Counted from the stretch's first letter, positions 32,628-42,485 are shown. The stretch is DNA of 64,000 nucleotides from Tetramitus jugosus (GCA_937625935.1 OW569369.1:124001-188000); one strand, 5' to 3'. Notes: generated from the letters alone by a model not told the origin. Program-made: numbers and translations.

Positions 32628-34541
32628 ATGCCACGAGGCGTGCCTAAGGACGGTAAGAGAAAGAGAAAGAGAGAGACTGTCAAAAAGAATGAATACTCAT
32701 CACATTACGTGGTCAAGGTCGGTCTGAAGTCTCTGTTGTTGCATCATCCAACTCTGTTACCAATCATACAAACTCAAGCTCTGGAGATTACAAGGATTGC
32801 TCTTCGACTCACAAGATTTATAAACATTTTTGTTTTGAGGCACTTGGAGAACAATTGTGATATCCCTCTCTTGAATCAAGGATTTATTCAACGAATCGGT
32901 TCAGTGTTGTTTGGACGCAAGTCGAAGACAAGAGACGATAATGTCAACCTCATCAACGGGTCAGTCAACATGGATGACGTAATAATCAAGCTAAGGAAGA
33001 TTTGTGAGAAGTTATCCAAATCCATCAATTACGTTGCCAAGTCTCTCAATGTCAATATTTCTAACATGCTCAAGTTCACATTGGAACAAAGACTGAGAAA
33101 GTACTTGAGAGTGAGGATGGCTCAATTGCACAATGGTCAATCAATCCCCAGGTCTGAATACAGAAGAGTAGTAGAATACATCATCAGAAAGTTGACATTT
33201 GTCACTCCAGTTTATGATTTTGTCAAACTGCCTCCAAAAGAGTTGATAGAGACTATTCCTGTGTTGATCCAAGAGGTTCGAACATTTGTTGGTGCTGAAA
33301 CCGACGAAGTGGTTGATGAATCGTTTGTGAACAACAACACCAATAACATGCTGAAGTTTTACTGGCATGTTCAACAGTTTCTGATTGTCAATGGAACAAA
33401 ATCATTTGCATTGTTGCCCTTGTCCCACTTTAAATGTAGATGCATGGAGATAGGTACAACGGACCTGATAGACATGCTCCAACAGAAGAAGAAGGGAAAT
33501 GTACAAGTAATTGAACCCATTGAATTGAAGTATAATCTCAAGTGTTTGAATGTTGGAACAAAGAAGATTCAAATCGACTCAATCAGAACAGACGGTATTC
33601 AGGCCTCTGTTGTTCTCAGACATCAACTCGTTGGCATCCACAAGAACAATAAGGCAAAGGTATCCAAGGGCCAGAAAGAAGCAAAGAAGATGAAGAAAGA
33701 AGCAACTATTGTTGATCAAAATGCAGATTACTTGATTGGTATCGATCCTGGTATTGTCACATTGATGAGTTGTGCAGATTCAGATGGTAAAAAGTGGGAG
33801 TTCTCCAATAAGGCATACAGACGACTGTCTCATCATTCACAGAACGCCAAACGTTTGTTGAAATACAAAGCAAAATGGAACACGAAAACTGGAAAAGATT
33901 TAGATGAACTCCATAATTCGATCAAACAAGCCAGTGTATCGACAAGTGATCTGTTTATCGAACACATTGATTCTGTTTTGAAAGTCGAAGATGACTTGCT
34001 TGGTTTTTATTGCACTCCAAAGGTGAAGAGACTGAATTGGGACAGCTATATTATGAGAGACAAAACAATTGCTGGAGTAATGAATGATTTTCACAAAAGA
34101 GCAAATGGAAGAAAGATGGTCATTGGCATGGGGAATGCTGGTTTCAAAAATAGTTACAGAGGACATGCTTCAACGCCCAAGGGCAAGCTGTTGAAGAAAC
34201 TGAATGAACGATTTGAAGTGAAAATGATTGACGAATTCATGACCAGCCAAAAATGTTGTGCTTGCCATTCCCATTTGAAGCCAGTCAAGCACAAACGAAT
34301 GGACAAGAAAGGTGTATCGGCAATCTCTATTGTACGAGGAGTTAAGCAGTGTGCAACCACTAAATGTTTAGTGACTCACAACAGAGACATCAATGCGGCC
34401 AAGAACATGCTCCATCTACTGAGAACAGAAATGGATGGACAGTCACGTCCCGATGCCTTCAAGAGGAAGAAAAAGGTCGCAAAAGAATTAATCAAAATGG
34501 TGGAACACCTCCAAGGCTCACTCCATCAAGCTGCTATGTAA
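32628..34541 (+). CDS. Fanzor1 (eukaryotic TnpB-derived RNA-guided endonuclease), 637 aa
   Basis: SIRTDG motif, RuvC-I IGIDPG, RuvC-II IDEFMTSQKC, zinc finger (CCAC...CATTKC), RuvC-III NRDINAAKNM; NLS-like KRKRKR and KRKKK. Confidence 0.93.
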   Translation: MPRGVPKDGKRKRKRETVKKNEYSSHYVVKVGLKSLLLHHPTLLPIIQTQALEITRIALRLTRFINIFVLRHLENNCDIPLLNQGFIQRIGSVLFGRKSKTRDDNVNLINGSVNMDDVIIKLRKICEKLSKSINYVAKSLNVNISNMLKFTLEQRLRKYLRVRMAQLHNGQSIPRSEYRRVVEYIIRKLTFVTPVYDFVKLPPKELIETIPVLIQEVRTFVGAETDEVVDESFVNNNTNNMLKFYWHVQQFLIVNGTKSFALLPLSHFKCRCMEIGTTDLIDMLQQKKKGNVQVIEPIELKYNLKCLNVGTKKIQIDSIRTDGIQASVVLRHQLVGIHKNNKAKVSKGQKEAKKMKKEATIVDQNADYLIGIDPGIVTLMSCADSDGKKWEFSNKAYRRLSHHSQNAKRLLKYKAKWNTKTGKDLDELHNSIKQASVSTSDLFIEHIDSVLKVEDDLLGFYCTPKVKRLNWDSYIMRDKTIAGVMNDFHKRANGRKMVIGMGNAGFKNSYRGHASTPKGKLLKKLNERFEVKMIDEFMTSQKCCACHSHLKPVKHKRMDKKGVSAISIVRGVKQCATTKCLVTHNRDINAAKNMLHLLRTEMDGQSRPDAFKRKKKVAKELIKMVEHLQGSLHQAAM

Positions 34542-34650
34542 GTCCCGATTATGTAGGAGCGTTAAGGTGTCTTCTCGGGAAATCATAATTTTTTTATTAT
34601 GGTTTGATCGACAGTGGACCGCCACCTTAATGAGCTGAAGTTAAAAATCT
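34542..34650 (+). ncRNA. Putative Fanzor omega-RNA: scaffold ~34542-34630 plus flank-derived guide
   Basis: Stems 34543-48/34575-80 and 34580-89/34596-605; loop TTAAGGTG (34562-69) is complementary to CACCTTAA (34623-30); located between the Fanzor stop and the element's right end. Confidence 0.7.
34612..34626 (-). repeat. Right TIR
   Basis: Reverse complement GGTGGCGGTCCACTG, followed by TTAA at 34627-34630. Confidence 0.9.
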
Positions 34651-36797
34651 TCAAAGAACATGAGTAAAGTGTTTAGGTGGATGAGCGAAGCTTCCAGCCG
34701 ATCTTCCACTTTCTCTAAACGATAGATAAATGCTTGTTGTTCCTTGCTGAGATTGTTCAAGCTGGTCAAAAATCCACCACCAGTTGCGTTCACGGCGTCC
34801 TCTTGTTCCTTTGCCAGTCTACTTCTCAAGTTTCTGCATGTCTTGTACATGTTGTTGGTCAACTTTTCGTATACGAGGTCTAACTTGACATTCCATAAAT
34901 AAAAAGTTCTGGATGGAGCATGATCAGAATGCTTAGGCACTTCTTGAAGCTCCACTACTTCGTCTTGAAGCATCTTGTACAATAGAGTACGTGCTTCAGG
35001 CATAGGAATCATGGCAAATTCTGCAATCTGTTTTTGTTCCAACATTTTGTTCATTAACAACATTCTGAAGATTCTGCAACCGACTTGGCCGTGCTTTTGT
35101 TCTATGATACTCTCGGCGTATTGTTTCTTCAGCTTATCGACGATACCTGCTAGGTTGATGACATAGGATCCACCACCGGATTGAGAGCTCATTTTTTGCA
35201 AAATTCTCGTGTTATCTTGTGACATAATGTCCAGATATTTTTCAACATTACGCTGACTTGCTTGATATTCATCACCGGTCAACACAGCCTTAAAAATATC
35301 ATCAAAATGAACCACTGAAGATATTTGATCGTTCTTTGTCTTTTCGTATGGTGAAGTCAGATTGAGAATAGCACGAAAGATGGAAGCAGCAGTAGGATTG
35401 ATTCTTTCGGACACATACTTGGTAATGGCCTCATTTCTGAATGTTCTAATAAATTGATCAAAATTGACCATCCATAACACAGGATCTTCTCTCTTTGGCT
35501 GCTGCTGTTGTTGTTGTTGTTGTTGCTGCTGTTGAAGCTGTTGTTGTTGTAATTGTTGTTGTTGCTGTAATTGTTGAAGTGCTTGTTGTTGTAGTTGCAT
35601 CTGTAGTGCTTGTTGCTGGTGCTGTTGTAGCAACTCAGTTCCAGGCATCGGTATATTGAAGAAGAAGACATCGTCATCATTGCTTGATGATGCATGACCA
35701 TTCGTTGGTGGCATATTGGTCATCAATCCATTGTTTGGTTGCTGCAAGACGTTGACTACTACTTCGTCTTCATCATCGTCATCAACCAACATATTTCGTC
35801 TTCTTTTTCTCTTTTGGACATCCATTTCTGGCATGTCTTGTCCCGATGGACTCTTCCTCTTATTGTTTTTTCGTTTCTGTTCAAACTGTTGCATTTCAAT
35901 CATTTGTTGTTCCTTGAGTGTTTCCTTTAGCGTTTTATTGGTGGTCACAACTGTGGATTTGAGTTTTGATGCACTCTTGTTGAACGCTCCAGACTGAGTC
36001 TCCACATCTGAAATATATTTGACCACACGCTTCAAGAAACGATTTCTAACCATGGCATCAAACGCGTTTTGAACACTTCTCTTAAATCCATTCAAGACAG
36101 AGTTGTTGGCATTCATATCGTCCAATGACATTTCCTGAACATGAGTTGAAGAGTCACTCTGCAAATAGAGCTTCTGAGCAATCACATCCACAATTTGTTC
36201 GCTCGTGAGTCGACCATGCTCCAACAACTCTTCCATAATCAATTCACCGTTCGATCCAACTCGATCCTTGATCAATAGAATAAATTTTGCGCACTTCAAT
36301 CTCATTAACACCTCATCAATCATAATTTCATAGAAAAATGTAGTTTCTAGCGTGTTTTGTCTCGTGCTCGACTCTCCACTAGCAATGATTGCATCTTCTT
36401 GATCAAACAAGAGCGATGAACCACCTCCATTGACTCCAGCACCATTAGGCCTCTTCCACTTTTTGTTCTTCTCATTCATTTCTCGTTCCTTCTCGAATGA
36501 TAGCAGACCAACGTTTGATCTCGTTGAAAAATTGTCTGGATCCGATGCGTCCTTCTTGTCTCTCACCATTTGTTTCAATCTTCTCTCTTTTTCTTCCTTG
36601 TCGTAGAAGATGACCATGTTGTGCTGAATGAGCACCAATAGTGCGTTACGTACCTGTTGAAAGGTTAACTTTGTCTTTCGAATCAGTTCGACAAGTGTCA
36701 AAACGCCTTCCTTGAGCAGACACTCACCCACTTTCTCTACCAAGTCACCAAAGTGGTCATGTAGAATATTCATGGCCAATTTTACTCTGTTTGACAT
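34641..36797 (-). CDS. POLR3C: RNA polymerase III subunit RPC3/RPC82, with a polyQ insertion
   Basis: HFGDLVEKVG..LL, LLVLIQHN, W.VNFDQF, RIFRMLL....LEQKQI, LQEVPK......RTFYLW. Confidence 0.93.
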   Translation of the reverse strand: MSNRVKLAMNILHDHFGDLVEKVGECLLKEGVLTLVELIRKTKLTFQQVRNALLVLIQHNMVIFYDKEEKERRLKQMVRDKKDASDPDNFSTRSNVGLLSFEKEREMNEKNKKWKRPNGAGVNGGGSSLLFDQEDAIIASGESSTRQNTLETTFFYEIMIDEVLMRLKCAKFILLIKDRVGSNGELIMEELLEHGRLTSEQIVDVIAQKLYLQSDSSTHVQEMSLDDMNANNSVLNGFKRSVQNAFDAMVRNRFLKRVVKYISDVETQSGAFNKSASKLKSTVVTTNKTLKETLKEQQMIEMQQFEQKRKNNKRKSPSGQDMPEMDVQKRKRRRNMLVDDDDEDEVVVNVLQQPNNGLMTNMPPTNGHASSSNDDDVFFFNIPMPGTELLQQHQQQALQMQLQQQALQQLQQQQQLQQQQLQQQQQQQQQQQQPKREDPVLWMVNFDQFIRTFRNEAITKYVSERINPTAASIFRAILNLTSPYEKTKNDQISSVVHFDDIFKAVLTGDEYQASQRNVEKYLDIMSQDNTRILQKMSSQSGGGSYVINLAGIVDKLKKQYAESIIEQKHGQVGCRIFRMLLMNKMLEQKQIAEFAMIPMPEARTLLYKMLQDEVVELQEVPKHSDHAPSRTFYLWNVKLDLVYEKLTNNMYKTCRNLRSRLAKEQEDAVNATGGGFLTSLNNLSKEQQAFIYRLEKVEDRLEASLIHLNTLLMFFEDF

Positions 36798-37205
36798 GTT
36801 GTTGTTGTTGGTTGTGTAATTTTCTGTTTGTTGTTAGTGATGATGGTTGTTGGTTATTGTTGTTGTTGTCGTGTGTGAATGATTATTGTGTGTTCGTTTG
36901 TGTTGTTGTAGCTCGCTGATTTTTTGAGTGCAAGCTTTGGTGTTTCTTCTTTTTGGGTGTTGCTGGATGAATGGAGGACGATTGGTGTGATACGATCGAC
37001 CAGCGGTGATGATGTTGGAGTGGTGATGATGAAGTGCACACGAACGACAAGGTAAGGAATTGTGAGTGGGTGCACGAACGGAGTGTGGAGTGCGTATGTG
37101 AAAAGCAACAACTGCCGCCAGAAAAAAAAAATAGGAGAAAATTGAATATTTTTTTAGGCAATCGGAAATTCAACCAAATCGATGAACACAAGAACTGAGA
37201 GCCTT

Positions 37206-37984
37206 TTACTCTTGCTTATCTGAACTGGTGTCCTCTCCTTCAAACTCTTGAAGTTCCACACGATCCTTGTTCTCTTCTTCTGGCTGATAGAGAGTTCCAT
37301 CCTTGTTGAAATACAATGAGAATCGAGCTCCCGACACATGGACAAATCGCCTCAGAGCAATGAGGCCAAATATCAACTCCAACAACAATAGGAGCAACTG
37401 GGTGACTCCAAATATAATATTGATGGGTATGGAGACTGGTTGCATTATTGTGAGGTAGAGCTGGAGGGCAATTTGCAATAGCGTAAAGAGGAGGAAAGCA
37501 AAGGTTTTTGGCACCTTCTCTGATAAGTTTCCGCTCCAACCTGTGAGTACTCTTGCTAGCTCTATGATGATACTAACGATGAATATGATGATAAACACGA
37601 TAAAGAATCTCTGATCGACCATATCAATAAACATTCTCTTCTTGGCAATGAACAACGCCAGAGTAAATATGTAAAATACGATCGAGTAGTACATGTGAAA
37701 GTAAATGCACATTTGCAAGGGCAGATGGGAGTGAATTCGTACGACTGTTTGAAAAAGAAATCTGTATTAGTCTTGTTAAAAAATTACCAAGATGGATCTG
37801 TGAATTACATACGTCGTTCCTCATCAGGTAGCATCTGTTCCTTTGTTCGTCTATTCAATTGTTCATTCCGAGCTATTCTTTGGAAGAGAAAGGATCTGTT
37901 CCTGCCCACTCCTGAAACTGTTTCAATTCTGTTTCTTAAGTTTCCAAGCACTGACTGGGCTGTCCCCGGTCTCCATACATCCAT
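37206..37984 (-). CDS. TMEM17/TMEM216-family ciliary transition-zone protein; 2 exons
   Basis: LPLQMCIYFHMYYS, ELARVLTGWSGNLSEKVP, 4 TM segments; upstream exon MDVWRPG... Confidence 0.75.
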
Positions 37985-38109
37985 CTCCGATTCTCTCTTA
38001 GACAGACAACCCACAGTAAATTCCTTTTGGCCGAAACGACAATAATCCGAAACAGATCGAAAATCTCCTTCCGCCAGCAAATCAATCAAAAACAAAACAA
38101 CAACAACAG

Positions 38110-39315
38110 ATGAGCAATCATCAACCACCCAACCACCGAAGCCGCCATGTCATCACCGTCATAGACATTATCAACTTTCTCACCAAGCTCAACAACTTGA
38201 TGAACAGCACAAGTGGCAGAGACAAGATTACAAAAAGTTTACAAAACAGTTCTAAATTATTATCATTTTGGATGACTTCTCGATTCCTATCAACTAAAGA
38301 CAACAACAACAACAATAACAACAATAATCCTCTCATTTCACTCACCGTCAAAAAATTGAACTCATTCGAGAGTCATCTCAGTATGGCGCGCAAAGTGTTT
38401 CGGTTCGGAAAATTTTTATCGGGGTATATAAGTGCCTATCATTTTATGAAAAAGTGGATTCGAATACGAAAGAGCGAACAACAGTCGATAGAATTGCAAC
38501 TACAGAGCAGTGACAATGAACAACGAAAATCAACCATTTTGGATCATGTCATGCTATCCATGAACAACAATATCAATAGTAGTAATAATAGTGGCAGTAG
38601 TAATAGTAATAATAGTAATAGTACTAGTAATAGTCGTAGTGATAATAATGTGAATAAAAGTGCGACCAAGAAGCAAGAGGAGGAAAAACCGATAGAAACG
38701 ATCACATTGATTGAATTCTTGAATGAGATGCAACGGTTCATCATGGCCAACTTTTTCTTTTTCGACATGTTTAATTGGTGCGCAAAAATTGGTTTATTGT
38801 TCAATGATACCATTCCCACCAACAGGAAAATATCATGGTTCTCACGCGACAATTTCAATATTCGGTACAAGTTGAACAATCATAGAGCAAAAGACTATTC
38901 GAATTATGGATCTTATATATGGTTCGCAGGAATGTTGTGTCTCTTGTCTGCTGATGCACTCAAGATTGTAGAGAATTATAAGAGGGAGGTCAGTGTGCTA
39001 AAGGTGATGAACGAGAGTGTTACGTTGAGCACGTTGCATGCGATGCGATTAGAGGATGAAACAATTTTGAAACAAATGACAGATGAGCACAGTGAACTGA
39101 GAGATCAACTCGCACAGCAAGATGTACTGCAGTCTCAGTTGAACAAGATTTATGCGGACAGAGACAAGCAGTTTGTTACGATATCGAGAAATGTGTGTGA
39201 TTTTGGCATTGCTTCCAATTTGGTTGGTCTGTGGGACATTAGTGGTGGAACGAATGCTCTTCTAGGTCTGGTTTCAGCGTTGATTGGCACCTACGAGCTG
39301 TGGCCAGCCAAGTAA
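38110..39315 (+). CDS. PEX11: Peroxisomal biogenesis factor 11
   Basis: L.....GRDKITK.LQ, LSMARKVFRFGK, C-terminal LGLVSALIG.Y..W. Confidence 0.88.
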   Translation: MSNHQPPNHRSRHVITVIDIINFLTKLNNLMNSTSGRDKITKSLQNSSKLLSFWMTSRFLSTKDNNNNNNNNNPLISLTVKKLNSFESHLSMARKVFRFGKFLSGYISAYHFMKKWIRIRKSEQQSIELQLQSSDNEQRKSTILDHVMLSMNNNINSSNNSGSSNSNNSNSTSNSRSDNNVNKSATKKQEEEKPIETITLIEFLNEMQRFIMANFFFFDMFNWCAKIGLLFNDTIPTNRKISWFSRDNFNIRYKLNNHRAKDYSNYGSYIWFAGMLCLLSADALKIVENYKREVSVLKVMNESVTLSTLHAMRLEDETILKQMTDEHSELRDQLAQQDVLQSQLNKIYADRDKQFVTISRNVCDFGIASNLVGLWDISGGTNALLGLVSALIGTYELWPAK

Positions 39316-39350
39316 AATATTGTCACTTACGAGAGGAGCAATTTTCTTTA

Positions 39351-42128
39351 TTATTCGTCGCTCGTCAGATCACACACCTCTGTTGATTGTTGACTAGCAT
39401 TGCTTGTGAGTGCCCAGAGATCATTGTCATCGAATGTAACATTCTTCTTGGGGCTAAGAGACTTTTCAGCCACGTGGCAGATCTCGACTTCTGCGCCACT
39501 GGCAATCAGAACATCAATCCATGCGTGTTGTTTATCACTCAATCGATCTCTTGGACCTTTCACCTCGCTGAACATGGCTGTTCTAGAGTCTGGACTCCAC
39601 AGAATAAGGTCTGGCATTCCACTCCGATTGTGTCGATAGTCTTCTGACAACATACGACAAACAGCACTGATTACTGCACCTGTGAAGCAATGGCATATAT
39701 CAACCAAGTCTTGAATACTGAAGCTGTCCCATTTTCCAACACAACTGTCCACACCATATTGTTCTTGCCAAACTGTGCGTAGTGTATTTTCCATGAAGCT
39801 CTCATTGTCTTCCCGTATTGCTAGTAGTCGCTGCTCAATCTTGTCCTGTCGAGAAGCAAAGAAGGCATCTGTGCCCAGATCGAGAGGAGCCGACTGATAC
39901 TTGGATTGGAAAACATTTGGGATGCTGGAATCATAGATAATATCCCAAAAGAGCAATCCGAACATGGTTGACCAGACAGAGCCCTCACAGTGCATTCCCT
40001 TTGAGAATCTACTCTTGTGCAAGTAATACTGGAGGGCCAGTTCTTCTACTGTACAATTACTCTGCTTATCATAGGAGAGGAATCTACTCTTACGCGAAGC
40101 TTGACCTGGTGCCATCAATATCGATTGAATATGAACATCACGAGCCTTCTTCAAATCTAAGAATTGTAATTCCTTAGACAAGTTGAGCCATGTTTTACAC
40201 TTACGATTCAACCGTTCTGCTCGATTTTCAAGGGTGTATCTTTGTGCAGTTCTTAATGTTTTATCTTCTCTCAATGCGGTGAGACAAATCTCTAAAGCTT
40301 CCTTGTGTTGATTCATATGCTGTAGGTCAAGGGCGAGTCTGTTCCACCATTTTCCTCTTCTTCCTGAAACGAAAGGAGAATCTAACAATTCACGCAAGTG
40401 GAATGTCGCCTTTTCATAAAGTTTCTGTTGTTCCAGCATTGTCACACCCATAGATACAATCTTGGCGTAGATCCATCCTGCAGTGAATCTTAATAAATAA
40501 TGTTCGTTGGCTGAGATGATACTGTCAGCTTTTTGTTGGCGATAAAGGGCAGTTTCCTGGCATAGACCAGATACTGCTTTGTCCAATGTCTCCATCGTAA
40601 TCTCAATTTGATCATTCTGATCGAAGTCATCGTCTTGTTGGAACCTTGAATAAATTTCCATCTCATCTTCGCCTTTGTATGAAAGCAATCGAATAGATTG
40701 TTCATATCTATCCAGATCCTTTCTCGTCTTGAATACAGATATTGGTTTGTATTCATATTGGGGAAACTTGCGAATGTTCTTCGACTCAAGCACCATTATT
40801 GAAGCATCACGTGAACTTCTATCCAAGAAAAACAAATGATGTATCCGGCGGAATACCTCCTTTGCTAAGGGAGTTATCCGAATGAACTTTGTTTTAAAGT
40901 GGGATTCGATCGCACTATACACATTTTTCAAATGTTTCATTGTGTTATCCGATGGTGATCCGGTTGTCTCTTGAGAGTTGCTCGTTGCCTTAAAGAATGA
41001 GTGAATTGTCTTCTGCTTGGTTTTTTCAGCACTATTCATGTTCGAAGACTTTGTATCACTTACAATCAAATCAATAAGTGTGACCTTTTTTGGTGAAACA
41101 CTCGGCAGCTCTCTTCTTCCCTTCTTTTGTGTTTGTTGCAACTTCTTTGAAGGCAAGAAGCGTCGGATTCTCTTTGCTACTAATTCCAGCTCTGCTGTTG
41201 TACAAGAACTCAAAATTTGCCGTACATTCTTCTCATACTCCTCAATGCCCTTACTTGGTGACTCGTCCATCGAAAACTGTTCTACATAACGATGAGTGAT
41301 TAACTCTTCAAAGAGTGATTCGAATGAATTAGAGCTCTCTTGTTCTTCGTGGCTTGATGTTTCTTCACTCTCATTCTTCATCATTTGACTAAAATCATTC
41401 TTGCTGTTCTCGGTTTCTTCCTCTTCGTGCTGAGAAAAGTCATCCGAGTATCTGCTCGTTAACTTAATGGTTTGAAACCATTGCCACTTTCTATTGTACA
41501 GTCGAACGAATAATCTCTGAGCTTTCGAACTCAGATTCTTCTGAAATCCATCCAAATAAATTGCTTCATTGCGTATTTTCTCCAGCTCAACAGAATCTAG
41601 ACTATGATCCTCGTTAGACGATTCACCCTCGGTAACCTTTTGTTCTGGCACTTGAAACAGATGAGCATCCTTCTCCATTACCGTCTCCAGAATATGAATA
41701 AAATTCTTGAGATAATAGTGTCTTGGTTGCCTTTCAGAATTGTTATCTTGAGAAGAACCGAATAAGGAATGCCAACTATCTTCACCTACTTCTAGACTCT
41801 GAGACTGTGACTCTTCATCCTGAGTTAATGCTAAATCTTGTTCACTTTGTGTCGTGGAGCCAATAGATGATCTTTGACTATCGCTTGTGAGGTCATCTAT
41901 CAACTGAGAATCTACATTACTATCCAACTCTTCTCCATCAACAATCGATGAACAAGAACTGTATAATTCTGATTCTTCTGTCTGAGAGGCTTGTTGCTGA
42001 GAATCAAAATAGGCCTGTGAACAAACTACGCTCCCAAAAGTCCTTCTCTTTTTGGTGAATGGTACAGTGGAGGTAGATGTCTTGGATTTAGAGGCAACAC
42101 TTCCTGGAGTGGATAACTTTCGCTTCAT
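39351..42128 (-). CDS. FAN1: Fanconi-associated nuclease 1 (VRR-NUC)
   Basis: LFVRLYNRK, RRGKWWNRLAL, VEELALQYY, HCEG, SGMPDL..W, EVKGPRDRLS..Q..W. Confidence 0.95.
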   Translation of the reverse strand: MKRKLSTPGSVASKSKTSTSTVPFTKKRRTFGSVVCSQAYFDSQQQASQTEESELYSSCSSIVDGEELDSNVDSQLIDDLTSDSQRSSIGSTTQSEQDLALTQDEESQSQSLEVGEDSWHSLFGSSQDNNSERQPRHYYLKNFIHILETVMEKDAHLFQVPEQKVTEGESSNEDHSLDSVELEKIRNEAIYLDGFQKNLSSKAQRLFVRLYNRKWQWFQTIKLTSRYSDDFSQHEEEETENSKNDFSQMMKNESEETSSHEEQESSNSFESLFEELITHRYVEQFSMDESPSKGIEEYEKNVRQILSSCTTAELELVAKRIRRFLPSKKLQQTQKKGRRELPSVSPKKVTLIDLIVSDTKSSNMNSAEKTKQKTIHSFFKATSNSQETTGSPSDNTMKHLKNVYSAIESHFKTKFIRITPLAKEVFRRIHHLFFLDRSSRDASIMVLESKNIRKFPQYEYKPISVFKTRKDLDRYEQSIRLLSYKGEDEMEIYSRFQQDDDFDQNDQIEITMETLDKAVSGLCQETALYRQQKADSIISANEHYLLRFTAGWIYAKIVSMGVTMLEQQKLYEKATFHLRELLDSPFVSGRRGKWWNRLALDLQHMNQHKEALEICLTALREDKTLRTAQRYTLENRAERLNRKCKTWLNLSKELQFLDLKKARDVHIQSILMAPGQASRKSRFLSYDKQSNCTVEELALQYYLHKSRFSKGMHCEGSVWSTMFGLLFWDIIYDSSIPNVFQSKYQSAPLDLGTDAFFASRQDKIEQRLLAIREDNESFMENTLRTVWQEQYGVDSCVGKWDSFSIQDLVDICHCFTGAVISAVCRMLSEDYRHNRSGMPDLILWSPDSRTAMFSEVKGPRDRLSDKQHAWIDVLIASGAEVEICHVAEKSLSPKKNVTFDDNDLWALTSNASQQSTEVCDLTSDE

Positions 42129-42281
42129 GGGTGCGAGCAAGTCGAACAGAAATATTTTTTGTGTTTATCAATGTTCGACTTCCAGTGAATTTGGGAAATT
42201 TTTTGGCGCGAAACGGATAAATCATGCATGTAAAAACATTCACACAATCAACATTGTAAAAGCTTTTGAATCACGAATAGA

Positions 42282-42485
42282 ATGGTCACCAAGACACAAT
42301 TTGCAACACTGTATCTAAATATTTTGCGCAGAGCAAGACACTTGAAATATTCTGACAAGGAATACGTTCAACGTCGTGTGAGACAAGAATTTGAGGTTTC
42401 TCCTCCAAAAATGTCGTCCAACGTCAAGGAGGCCATGTATCAAAAGGGACGGGAGTTTTTGGATACAATGGGTGGATTGGAGTAA
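42282..42485 (+). CDS. LYR-motif microprotein (AltMIEF1/L0R8F8-like)
   Basis: LYLNILRRARHLKYSDKEY....VRQEF...KG.EFL. Confidence 0.7.
   Translation: MVTKTQFATLYLNILRRARHLKYSDKEYVQRRVRQEFEVSPPKMSSNVKEAMYQKGREFLDTMGGLE

Larger units (their letters stand above)
30049..34626 (+). mobile_element. Non-autonomous TIR DNA transposon carrying Fanzor1; TTAA-flanked, Kolobok-like ends
   Basis: Left end TTAA|GGTGGCCGTCCACTG (30045-30063). Right end CAGTGGACCGCCACC|TTAA (34612-34630). Inverted match is 18/19 including TTAA. No transposase is visible inside. Confidence 0.88.

Noticed and set aside
30049-34626. piggyBac, IS607 or PIF/Harbinger assignment
   Set aside because: The ends are GG...CC rather than CC...GG, there is no serine recombinase, and the flanks do not form a 3-bp direct repeat (TAA versus TTA)
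35495-35630. CAA/TTG-rich microsatellite-like tracts, here and in many genes and UTRs
   Set aside because: PolyQ/N/S low complexity typical of this genome, not a distinct element
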